From: a virus
Taxonomy: Duplodnaviria > Caudoviricetes
Virus record (IMG/VR): IMGVR_UViG_3300037246_001819
Coordinates: 1-51,289 of that record
Direction: 5' to 3' (one strand)
DNA: 51,289 nt
Position 1 is the first letter of the stretch, and every line of letters begins with the position of its first letter. Both the position numbers and the translations under genes were made by a program. The notes under the pieces are model-generated. The model worked only from the letters and a program-made list of their open reading frames with translations. It was not told the DNA's origin and did not search any database. Below are positions 15,798-23,910 of this stretch, one piece after another.

Positions 15798-17494
15798 GAA
15801 CCTCCACCTTTGCGCTTACTCCAGCCCTGCTTGGCGGCGATCGTGTCGATAATCACGCTCGCCTCTGAACGCGATATGTCGATGGCATAGCCGTTTCGTT
15901 TTAGCACCTTCGCCTGAGCGAACGTGCAGCGACCGGCCTTCACTCGAATCATGCACTGCCCGATCAGCGTCGAAGCGCTGCGCTTCGTCAGGCCATCGAT
16001 GGGCACCTTGAACTTCTTCAGCAACTCAACCTGTTTCGGCGAAGCCGGGACGTCGTGCTCGTAGCCGAGCTCACGGGGCGCGCGCACGCCGAAGACGCTG
16101 AACGGGTCGATCGTCCCACCCTTGCGGTACGTGACCCGAACGCGCTGGTTGGCGTACCGTTCGGCCGCCCTTTCGGCCCGCTTTCGGAGTTCTTCGCGGG
16201 CGTACTCGAGGTGCTCGCTCGGCGAGCCACCCTTGCCGCGGATCCTCTCGTTCGCAAGATCAATCTCCGCATCGCTGTACCGCCCGCCGAGAATATCAAC
16301 CGGCGTCGCGAGGCTGTGCTGACCGCTGTTCAGCGTGAATTCAAAGATCGTGAGGCACGGCTTGCTGCTCTCCGCGATGAGAGCGCGCCGCACTTCCTGT
16401 GGGCTGCAGGATTTGCCGTTGTGCATAATGTGCTGGTCGTCATCCGGGATCGAGTCGACCAAACCAGCAAGCGGGCGAGTGCCGCGGCCGATCATCTGGG
16501 CATGCAGGAGGCGGCTCTTCGTCGGCCGCGCCATCGCGACACACTCGATGTCCGGCACGTCGAAGCCCTCGGTCGGCACGCCAACGCCCACCAGGAACCG
16601 AAACTTGCTGGCCCGGAACCCGTCGAGCATTACCCTCCGCTCGTCGGCCTCCGTCTTGCCCGTGATGACTCTGCTGCAGCCTGGCTCGTAGCCATTCAGG
16701 AGTTCGTCGATCAGCTTCGCGTGATCCACGCCACTCGCAAAAATCAACGTCTTCCGGCCATCGCTTTCCTTGAACGTGGGCTTCGCGATCGCGTGGAACC
16801 GCTCCTCCCCCTTCGTCATCGCAGCGTCCAGATCGCGCGCCACGAGATCCTTCCCGGTCGTGCCGACCCACGAAATATCGACCTGCTCGGCATGAATCGG
16901 CTGGATGTCGAACGGCACCAGCCAGCCGTCCTCGATCGCGTCGGCTATATCGTACCGATACGCTACGGAATCGAAGACCCCACCGAGCGCTGTGCCGTCC
17001 GTCCGATCCGGTGTCGCCGTGCAGCCCATGTACCGGAGCTTGTCGTTCTGTGTGTAATGCTCGATGCAGGCCCGGAAGCTCGCGCCGGTTGCCCGGTGAG
17101 CTTCATCCAGCACGAGCAATCCGAAGTCATTTGGCTTGAACTTCTCGAATCGGCGCCGGCCGTTCCGTTTACTGACCTGACTCTGGACGGTCGATACCAC
17201 GACATCGGCCGGCTGGTACAGCCCGCCGTGGTAATCGCAGACGTGGCGATCGCCCTGCTCGAAGTCGGCGAGTTTGCCGGTCCAATCCCGGGCGGTTAGG
17301 GCGGCTTGGTCGATGAGAATGTCGCGGTGTGCCACGATCATCGTCCGGCCATCGACGTACAAACTCATCGTAACGAAGACCACGGTCTTGCCCGTGCCTG
17401 TCGGCAAAACGAGCAGCGTGCTCCGGTCCTGCTTGAACTCGCGCAGGATCGCGTTGCATGCCGCCTTCTGGTATCCGCGCAGGACGAGTTTCAT
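15794..17494 (-). CDS. Superfamily 2 (DEAH) helicase
   Basis: LRGYQ, PTGTGKT, DEAH, TAT, EGFD, QMIGRGTR. Confidence 0.95.
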   Translation of the reverse strand: MKLVLRGYQKAACNAILREFKQDRSTLLVLPTGTGKTVVFVTMSLYVDGRTMIVAHRDILIDQAALTARDWTGKLADFEQGDRHVCDYHGGLYQPADVVVSTVQSQVSKRNGRRRFEKFKPNDFGLLVLDEAHRATGASFRACIEHYTQNDKLRYMGCTATPDRTDGTALGGVFDSVAYRYDIADAIEDGWLVPFDIQPIHAEQVDISWVGTTGKDLVARDLDAAMTKGEERFHAIAKPTFKESDGRKTLIFASGVDHAKLIDELLNGYEPGCSRVITGKTEADERRVMLDGFRASKFRFLVGVGVPTEGFDVPDIECVAMARPTKSRLLHAQMIGRGTRPLAGLVDSIPDDDQHIMHNGKSCSPQEVRRALIAESSKPCLTIFEFTLNSGQHSLATPVDILGGRYSDAEIDLANERIRGKGGSPSEHLEYAREELRKRAERAAERYANQRVRVTYRKGGTIDPFSVFGVRAPRELGYEHDVPASPKQVELLKKFKVPIDGLTKRSASTLIGQCMIRVKAGRCTFAQAKVLKRNGYAIDISRSEASVIIDTIAAKQGWSKRKGGGS

Positions 17495-17745
17495 TCGTCG
17501 GCCTCGCGTCGGCGTTTCTCGGCGACCATATCGGTAGCCCAGGCATATCGGTCCACTGGGCTTGTTCCGGCTTCCGCTGGTGCGTGTACCGCGAAGTAGT
17601 CCAGCAGGGTCATGCCGGGTGCGCCACTATTAACCCATAACTGGTTTCCGCACGCATCTTTCGCCATGAACCCAGCTACATCTGGTCCGATGTCGCTGGT
17701 GTAGTGCTTTAACGGATACGCCGGCCCGCCTGTGTCGGTTGCCAT
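17491..17745 (-). CDS. Hypothetical protein (GGPAYP...GMTLxDYFA type)
   Basis: Motif typical of small phage proteins; coupled to the helicase. Confidence 0.75.
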   Translation of the reverse strand: MATDTGGPAYPLKHYTSDIGPDVAGFMAKDACGNQLWVNSGAPGMTLLDYFAVHAPAEAGTSPVDRYAWATDMVAEKRRREADE

Positions 17746-17764
17746 GTCGTTCCCTTTCATTCGA

Positions 17765-18172
17765 TCAGCCCGAGAGTAGCTTCTGTATCTTCAGCCCGGG
17801 CAGTTTGCCGGCTTTGATGTCCGGCACCATTCTCTCCGCGACGGTTTCGCCTGTCTCGGTCATAATGTCGGAAAGGAAGGCCGACTCGAAAACCTCGATG
17901 CCCTCCTCGATGGCGACCAGCTTCGCCTTGACCAACATTTCGGCGCATCGCCAGAGACGAGCCTCCTCGTGATCGCTGACCGGGTTGCCCTCCCCGTCAG
18001 TGTTGGGAACACGAATCCGAACGGCAAGTTTCTCGTACTTGAAGAGAATCTGCGTGCGACCATCGGAGTGCCCCTGGATGTAGTCGGTGGCGCCGAAGCG
18101 TTCGAGCAGCCGAATGATGTTCTGCACGCTTCGAGAAACGGGAACCTTCGTGTTGTAGGCGTAGCTCGTCAT
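17765..18172 (-). CDS. Hypothetical protein
   Basis: TKVPVSRS..I..LL.RFGA and WR.....VKAKL motifs. Confidence 0.75.
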   Translation of the reverse strand: MTSYAYNTKVPVSRSVQNIIRLLERFGATDYIQGHSDGRTQILFKYEKLAVRIRVPNTDGEGNPVSDHEEARLWRCAEMLVKAKLVAIEEGIEVFESAFLSDIMTETGETVAERMVPDIKAGKLPGLKIQKLLSG

Positions 18173-18222
18173 AACGATCCCGATGCTTCCACTTTCATTC
18201 GATCAGCCTCATGCGTATCAGA

Positions 18223-18375
18223 ATGCGGCGGGCCAGCCTGGGCCGACACGGAGACTGGCTTGCCTTGTCAAGAGCAAAGTCCTTCCGAGGCTGAGTCGCT
18301 CGTGCCCGGCTTTCTCTTGGGTGGTTGACGCCACCCTCAACCGGGGCCTCCACAAGCGGTCAGCCACCGCCGCAT
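18223..18375 (-). ncRNA. Candidate structured RNA (multi-stem, closed by ATGCGGCGG/CCGCCGCAT)
   Basis: At least five helices, two with G-U pairs on the - strand; intergenic. Confidence 0.55.
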
Positions 18376-18384
18376 CTTCCGTTG

Positions 18385-18579
18385 TCAAAGCAAGGGCTCT
18401 ATCTTAAGCTGATCACTGCCAGGCCCCATTACTTCGTTCATGAATCCCGAAACGACAATCTCTTGAAACCACCACGATGGGTAGCCATTGCACTTGGCCT
18501 TTACGGTTTCGCAATTGGCGTCCCACTCTTGCTCGTTGTTGCTTGAGCGCATCAGCGCTTTCACTTCATCTACGGTCAT
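18385..18579 (-). CDS. Hypothetical protein
   Basis: GGAGA RBS; 64 aa. Confidence 0.7.
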   Translation of the reverse strand: MTVDEVKALMRSSNNEQEWDANCETVKAKCNGYPSWWFQEIVVSGFMNEVMGPGSDQLKIEPLL

Positions 18580-18590
18580 GTGTGTTCTCC

Positions 18591-18770
18591 CTATGTTTCG
18601 ATCAGCCCCATTTTTCTCGCGATGCCCTCCAGCGCCCGCGACTGGCTCTCGGTCAACTCGCGGTCTCGCCAGTTCTCGTCTAGGTTGTCGAGAAACTCGA
18701 TTTCCCAGGCGGTCAGGCCCGCTTCCAGTTCGAGCAGTTCTTCGACGACCGACACGTGGTCTGTAATCAT
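18591..18770 (-). CDS. Hypothetical protein
   Basis: LTAWEIEFLDNL...LTESQ motif; ATGA coupling. Confidence 0.7.
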   Translation of the reverse strand: MITDHVSVVEELLELEAGLTAWEIEFLDNLDENWRDRELTESQSRALEGIARKMGLIET

Positions 18771-19690
18771 GGCTTCACCCCTGGCTCGTACCGCTTCATC
18801 TGCTCGTAGAGCGCCTTGGGCACCCAGCCCTGCCGTTTGCACGCATCACAGCCCACGCCGGCGCACTTGCAGACCGCGTACGGCATCGCCCACTTGACGG
18901 CCATCCAGGCGTTTTTCAAATCCCTCGGCGCGTCGTCGTCGATGTGTGCCCCGATGGGTTCCTCCGCGAGCTTCGAGACCTCGTGGTAGATGGCGTTGAT
19001 CCGTCGGGCCAGATCCACAATCCTTTCACTCTGATTGAAAATTGCCGCCTGGTCGCTCGTCAACGCGTTGCCCACGCTGTCTTTAGGGCTGCTTTCGCCA
19101 ATTGGCGAAACTCGTCGCTTCCGACCTTTCTCCGCTTTGGCCACCTGCGCATCCACCCCCCGCACCGTTTTCTCGCCGGCCTCGATCGCAGGTACTTGGC
19201 TCGGGGCGTGACGGATCACGCGGGCGGCTGCGTCGACGACGCGCACGCCGATCCCGAGAACTTGAGCCAGATGTTGGCGGATGGCCTGTATGCCAAGCTG
19301 CTTGTCCGTCAGACCGGCTCGGAGTCGTTCAGCGTTCTCGGCGTTCCAGTATTGGGCCAGTCGCTCAGCCGCCAACCCCTTGTCGCTGACGCTCATGTGC
19401 CGCCTCACGCACTCGCGGGAGAGAACGGCATCAACAACGCTCTCGTCGGCCCGCAAGCGCTGATATTTCGGCTCGATGCCGAGCTCGTCGCACACCAGGT
19501 ACCGATGCCGGCCGGAGATGATCTTGCCCTCGGCATTCGTCAGGATCGGCTCACGCACTCCGTTGAGCTGGATATCCGCCTTCAGCGCCTCATATTCGGG
19601 CTTGGTGAGCGGTCGCTGCGCGAACACAATCGAGTGCATATCGCGGTGCTCGATGTTCCCTGATCCTGCTCGGCCTGGGCGGGTCGTCAT
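18767..19690 (-). CDS. ParB-like protein (ParB/Srx N-domain, HTH-like region, C-terminal Cys cluster)
   Basis: EYEALKADIQLNGVREPI..IISGRHR (GxxR box); RRHMSVSDK; LAQVLGIGVRVV; CKC..GCDAC. Confidence 0.85.
   Translation of the reverse strand: MTTRPGRAGSGNIEHRDMHSIVFAQRPLTKPEYEALKADIQLNGVREPILTNAEGKIISGRHRYLVCDELGIEPKYQRLRADESVVDAVLSRECVRRHMSVSDKGLAAERLAQYWNAENAERLRAGLTDKQLGIQAIRQHLAQVLGIGVRVVDAAARVIRHAPSQVPAIEAGEKTVRGVDAQVAKAEKGRKRRVSPIGESSPKDSVGNALTSDQAAIFNQSERIVDLARRINAIYHEVSKLAEEPIGAHIDDDAPRDLKNAWMAVKWAMPYAVCKCAGVGCDACKRQGWVPKALYEQMKRYEPGVKP
19093..19110. promoter_or_regulatory. 18-bp palindrome, copy 5 (inside the ParB-like CDS)
   Basis: Exact; encodes SPIGE. Confidence 0.9.
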
Positions 19691-19704
19691 CCGTCGATCC
19701 CTCT

Positions 19705-20022
19705 TCAGTCTTCCGGCACGTCAACATGGACCACACCGCGAGCCTCGCCAATGTAGCGTACCGTGCCGAGAGCGGGGCAGTGGCCGACCAGCGCAACCAC
19801 CTCGGCCCTGGTCAAGCGGTTTTCATCGGCAAGGAGCAAGGGTGGTACCCAACCACGGCCACTGACAAGGTTAACAAACACGGCCTGGCCATTGGGCATC
19901 ACGGCCAGTACGTGCGGTTGTCCATCGTCGTTACCCAGCATTACAACGCTGCCTCGTCCGATCGACGAAGGTGGCGGGAGTTTCGGATGCTCGGGGTAGA
20001 TCTCTGCCAGTGTGACACTCAT
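19705..20022 (-). CDS. Hypothetical protein
   Basis: GAGGAG RBS; 105 aa. Confidence 0.7.
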   Translation of the reverse strand: MSVTLAEIYPEHPKLPPPSSIGRGSVVMLGNDDGQPHVLAVMPNGQAVFVNLVSGRGWVPPLLLADENRLTRAEVVALVGHCPALGTVRYIGEARGVVHVDVPED

Positions 20023-20043
20023 GGGTCTCTCCTCGTTCGCATC

Positions 20044-20304
20044 GGGCGCCAGAACGCCCACAGGCGTTTGCCCCTACTGCAAGTACCCCAGGGCGCTAGG
20101 AAACCTCGTGGCGCGTCTACAGCCGGCACCGGGGCGTGAGCGTGGGGCGGGGCAACCGATACGCTGCACGCCTCACCGGTGCCATTCGGGCCATGGGCGA
20201 CGGATTATCGCGAACCGTCGCGCGGGACGCGAAATAACCGATGGCAGGGCCAGTAGGGGGTGAACCCTGCCATGCTCGGCGATTACCGCTCGGACCATGG
20301 CCCG
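20044..20304. ncRNA. Candidate large structured RNA with a long-range pseudoknot
   Basis: Multiple perfect 5-10 bp helices plus a 9-nt pairing 20071-20079/20251-20259. Confidence 0.55.
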
Positions 20305-20315
20305 TTCGCTCCTTG

Positions 20316-21557
20316 TTACGCTTCAAACGTCTGATCGCCCGCATCATCAGATTCCGGCGCCTGGCCCTCAAGCATCGCGCGGGCCTGCGCCAGCACGTCT
20401 GGCAACATCGCCTCAGGGACGTCGTTCGTGGCTCGCGCCTGCCCCTCTGTGAGGGTGTCGAAAATCCCCCAGACGGTCTCCCGCTCCTCCGGCGTCACCT
20501 TCTGCATGTCCTTGCCCGTCAAACTCGCCAGCTCCGTGACGAGCGCGCGCAGTTCCGTGCGCATCTCGTCCACCGTCGGGCCCTTCACCTGCGCCTCCGG
20601 GTGGGTGATCTTCTGGTGGTTCGCCAGATGTTCGGGTGGGAAGTGCAGACCGCAGTGCTCGCAGGTCAAATACCGGGCCGCAGGCGCTTCCGCTTGCGGC
20701 TTCTCGGGATCCAGGGCCGGCTCAGGCTTCGTCTCAGGCTCGGCCGTTTTCGTCACCTTTTCCATGCCCGTATCGCCGTGGCCGCGGTTCGGTTCAGCGC
20801 TTGCCTTGAAACCCTCCAGATCGACCGAGCCATGGTCACGCGGTTTGCGGGCCGTATCAGTCAGATCGCCAACCTCGCCATCCGGCAACGGAGCCGTCGC
20901 ACCGGTCAGCCTGGCATAGACCGCTTTGAACACCTTCCGCGTCGCCTTGCCAGTGATCGCATCGTTGCCCATTCCAGCTTGCACCTTCACGGGGATCCGC
21001 TCGTCAAGGTAGCCATCCGCGCCGCGCTTGCCGCGCTCGATTCGCTCCTCGACCATCTCCTCCCCGTCCAGCAACCAGCGCACGGTGAATGGTACGAGCG
21101 CCCCGTCGCCAACCATCTGCGCTACGCCGGGTGTCGGGACCACATTCGTCACCCCAGGAAACTCCATGACCTTGCGGACGAAATACTCTTTCGTCAGGTA
21201 GCAGCCCCCAAACAGGACGTTGAACTCGTTTCCGGTCACCCGCGCCCCACGCAAAAGGGCTTCGATCAGCGGGTCTATCACTTCCGCGGGCGTGTACGCT
21301 GGCTTCTTCTGCCTCGCGTCTGGGCGATCCGTCTTGAACCCCAGGCTGGTATTCATCAGCCCCATGATGTCAGAGGTGACCAGCGAGAGCGATACGATGT
21401 CCCGCATGCGCTGGATCGCGTGGGAGAGCTTGATCGACTCTCGCAGCCCCTTGTCCGCCTTCAACAACGACGGCCCGTGCGTCTCTACGATCTGGTCAAT
21501 CTCGTCCAAGATCGCGTCCGTGAAGTGAGCCTCAACGTGTTCTGGCTGTTCGGCCAT
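20316..21557 (-). CDS. Putative RecT-like ssDNA-annealing protein
   Basis: MNTSLGFKTD..IEA..G..GNEFNV..G.CYLTKE core with acidic Pro-rich tail; syntenic with the nuclease and ATPase; function inferred. Confidence 0.55.
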   Translation of the reverse strand: MAEQPEHVEAHFTDAILDEIDQIVETHGPSLLKADKGLRESIKLSHAIQRMRDIVSLSLVTSDIMGLMNTSLGFKTDRPDARQKKPAYTPAEVIDPLIEALLRGARVTGNEFNVLFGGCYLTKEYFVRKVMEFPGVTNVVPTPGVAQMVGDGALVPFTVRWLLDGEEMVEERIERGKRGADGYLDERIPVKVQAGMGNDAITGKATRKVFKAVYARLTGATAPLPDGEVGDLTDTARKPRDHGSVDLEGFKASAEPNRGHGDTGMEKVTKTAEPETKPEPALDPEKPQAEAPAARYLTCEHCGLHFPPEHLANHQKITHPEAQVKGPTVDEMRTELRALVTELASLTGKDMQKVTPEERETVWGIFDTLTEGQARATNDVPEAMLPDVLAQARAMLEGQAPESDDAGDQTFEA

Positions 21558-21572
21558 GGTTCGATCCTTTCA

Positions 21573-21634
21573 GGTTTTCGCCAATTGGCGAAAGGCGTAA
21601 GCTGATGCACAATAACGGGTTACGTCGGTTTCTG
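21573..21634 (-). repeat. 62-bp module containing palindrome copy 6 (21576-21593)
   Basis: Inverted 57/62 match to 7618-7679; precedes the RBS of the 21557 gene. Confidence 0.92.
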
Positions 21635-21640
21635 ATCCTC

Positions 21641-23155
21641 TCAAATCTGTAGCAGGCCCTGCGGTGGCCCCTGGTCGTACGCCTCTCCCCGGAGATCGCC
21701 ATCATCGGCCTCGGCTGTGAGCAAGTACACCTCTCTCTCGACGGCCAGTTCGTGTAGCTGACGACGAGTTTCGGGCGACAGTTCGCCGTACGCGGCTTGC
21801 GGTAGCACGATCAGCCGATTCCGGCTGGCAGCGATTCCCAGGATGACCGGCCATCGCTCCCCATCAGACAAGTCCTCAAACGGCTCCTCGGAGCTGCGAT
21901 CGGTCGCGATCACCAGCCGCGGGTCGCCGTCTGGATTCGGCACTATGAACAGCGGGCAATCGGGCACGCTCGCTACGGCGTCGGCGAGCACATCGCGGCC
22001 GGCTGCCCGAGCAGCCTCACGCAGCCGCGCGGCACGCTGCCCAGCTTCCTTGGCTTCATCGCTCGACACCGCCGCGCGCTTCTGAGCCGCCAGGGCCTCT
22101 CGGACCTTGACGCCGTACATGACCGCCCCTTGTGCCGTCTCGCATCGGTCGTGCGCTTTGACCAGTTCTGCGCCAGTCGGCATCTGCACATCCGCGCCAG
22201 CCTTGATCGTTGCCTCCCACTTCGCGAGGGTTTCGGCCTGACGAAAGGCCGATAAAAAAGCGTCCGCCGCGCGGCCATGCGAAGCCTCCGCACTAAGGAG
22301 GCAGCTCTCTGCTTCCGCAAGAGCATCCTTGCACTCCTGCACGCGGGCCTCCCAATCCGCCGCATCCCCAGAACAGGTAGAAACCGCCCCTTCCAGCTCC
22401 GCCAGGTCGGGCCCGCGTCCAAGGGCGTCGAGTTCAGCTTGAGCCTTTCCAGCCGCGGCAACTACCTCGGCAGCGTCCCTGTTCCGTTGCTGCAACGCAG
22501 CCCGGTGCTCGCCCGCGGCCCCGAGCTCAACACTCAGCGCGCTCTCGTCATGCGGCGCCGCCAGGTCCACACCTTCCACGAGCTGTACCGCCGCCCGTGC
22601 ATCGGCCAGGCGGCTGTCCTTCACTCGTTCGTGCTCCTGGGCCCGGCGCTCGACAGCCCGCTTGATTCGCGCGGCCATCTCAACCAGGTCGTCGGTCTCC
22701 AGGTCGTGCGTGCTGACGATTTCGCGAAACGCATCGGCCCCGCCAACTACATCGTGAAATCGCGAGGCGTCGGCAGCAACGCCGATCAACCTGAGCAGCA
22801 CGTTGATCCGGTGCCGATCGCGGATCACCGCCGTCTTGAACTTCGGCGAGTGCAACGCCGCGATATCCAGGTCGCCGAGCCCGTCAACAGTGATCGCGCC
22901 TTCTTCCTGGATCCGCTTCGCAATAGTCAGCACTTTTCCAGCAACGGTGGCCTCACCGCGCCGGGTCGCATCACGCTTCGTCGGCTTGATGTCGGTGCGG
23001 CCATCGGTCGCCAACTGCACGGTTCGCAGGACCGTCGTCTTACCCGCACCTTGTTTGCCCCGTAGGACGTGCAGACCTGGGCCGGTCATCTTGTACTCGA
23101 ACTCTATTACTGGGCCGATGTCTCGCACTGCGATCAAGGTTTCTGCCTTACTCAT
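21641..23155 (-). CDS. SMC/Rad50-like ABC-type ATPase with coiled coil
   Basis: Walker A GKQGAGKTT, long Ala-rich coil, signature-like LSDGER; AAGGAG RBS. Confidence 0.8.
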   Translation of the reverse strand: MSKAETLIAVRDIGPVIEFEYKMTGPGLHVLRGKQGAGKTTVLRTVQLATDGRTDIKPTKRDATRRGEATVAGKVLTIAKRIQEEGAITVDGLGDLDIAALHSPKFKTAVIRDRHRINVLLRLIGVAADASRFHDVVGGADAFREIVSTHDLETDDLVEMAARIKRAVERRAQEHERVKDSRLADARAAVQLVEGVDLAAPHDESALSVELGAAGEHRAALQQRNRDAAEVVAAAGKAQAELDALGRGPDLAELEGAVSTCSGDAADWEARVQECKDALAEAESCLLSAEASHGRAADAFLSAFRQAETLAKWEATIKAGADVQMPTGAELVKAHDRCETAQGAVMYGVKVREALAAQKRAAVSSDEAKEAGQRAARLREAARAAGRDVLADAVASVPDCPLFIVPNPDGDPRLVIATDRSSEEPFEDLSDGERWPVILGIAASRNRLIVLPQAAYGELSPETRRQLHELAVEREVYLLTAEADDGDLRGEAYDQGPPQGLLQI

Positions 23156-23180
23156 ACCGCTGCTCCTTCGATTGCCAAGA

Positions 23181-23310
23181 ATGCGGCGCGCCGGACTCGA
23201 ACCGGCCCCTTCCATCTCCCAGAGGCGTAACCGCTCCGGGGCTAGCTGTTGGCCTGGCACCTAGCAATGTTGGATAGGTCTTCCAACGTCATGTTACGCC
23301 GCCGCCGCAT
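23181..23310 (-). ncRNA. tRNA-like structured RNA (acceptor-like stem plus T-arm, non-canonical interior)
   Basis: GCCGG-TTCGAGT-CCGGC T-arm next to an ATGCGGCG/CGCCGCAT stem; no D or anticodon arm. Confidence 0.6.
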
Positions 23311-23443
23311 AGTTCAAAGCCCCGTTTACCGCATTCGGCACCATTACCCATGACGGCACGGGGCCACACCGCCTGGACCATCCGTGTCCATATGAACACG
23401 GCGGCTGTCGCAGTTGTTAAAGCCACACTTCGGTCTCCTATCT

Positions 23444-23668
23444 TCACCCAGCGTGGTTATCGCAGAGGATGATTTCCGGTTCACCGTACTCGTCGATTCT
23501 GGTGCAGGTGGTCAGTGGGGGGTCTTCCCAGATATAACCCTCGTTGGCCGATGAGGTGTTGGCCATCTCTCGGGCGTCCGTCGCGGTCTCTGCTCGGATG
23601 ACGAAGCCATCGGTTACGTCGTACTGGCCAGGACGGATATTTTTTCGTTCGAGGAGCCAGAGCTTCAT
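23444..23668 (-). CDS. Hypothetical protein
   Basis: MKLWLL...YD..DGFVIRAET...AREMA motif. Confidence 0.75.
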   Translation of the reverse strand: MKLWLLERKNIRPGQYDVTDGFVIRAETATDAREMANTSSANEGYIWEDPPLTTCTRIDEYGEPEIILCDNHAG

Positions 23669-23910
23669 TGGCCTTCTCCGGGCGTGTCGGGCTGATCGCC
23701 CAACTCCTTTGCTACCACTTTTGCCACCCAACTCCTCCAGCAATCTTCGCACTGGTCGCGAGGCGCATCCACGGCCTCCTCGCCCGGTGCAAAAAACGAA
23801 CTCTTGATGTGAAGAATGCGGTGATCGACCCTCAGGTTCGCCTTCCAAGGTGTGCCCGCCTCATGCCGCCTCATTTTCTTGCCGCAATGATCGCATGTAA
23901 CTTTAATCAC
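23665..23910 (-). CDS. Zinc-finger protein
   Basis: CDHC...CEDC; GTGA coupling; AGGAG RBS. Confidence 0.7.
   Translation of the reverse strand: MIKVTCDHCGKKMRRHEAGTPWKANLRVDHRILHIKSSFFAPGEEAVDAPRDQCEDCWRSWVAKVVAKELGDQPDTPGEGQ

Noticed and set aside
18507-18520. TTTCGCAATTGGCG as another palindrome copy
   Set aside because: One base is deleted, the right arm is incomplete, it lies in a CDS and the GTAA-N19-TTAC spacing is not kept; 47518-47535 is similarly too degenerate
20125-20183. Group II intron domain V or group I intron core
   Set aside because: No AGC/CGC triad in a domain V geometry, no P7-type core recognised, and no interrupted gene
23181-23310. Canonical tRNA gene
   Set aside because: No D arm or 7-nt anticodon loop at the proper spacing, and too long; kept as a tRNA-like RNA
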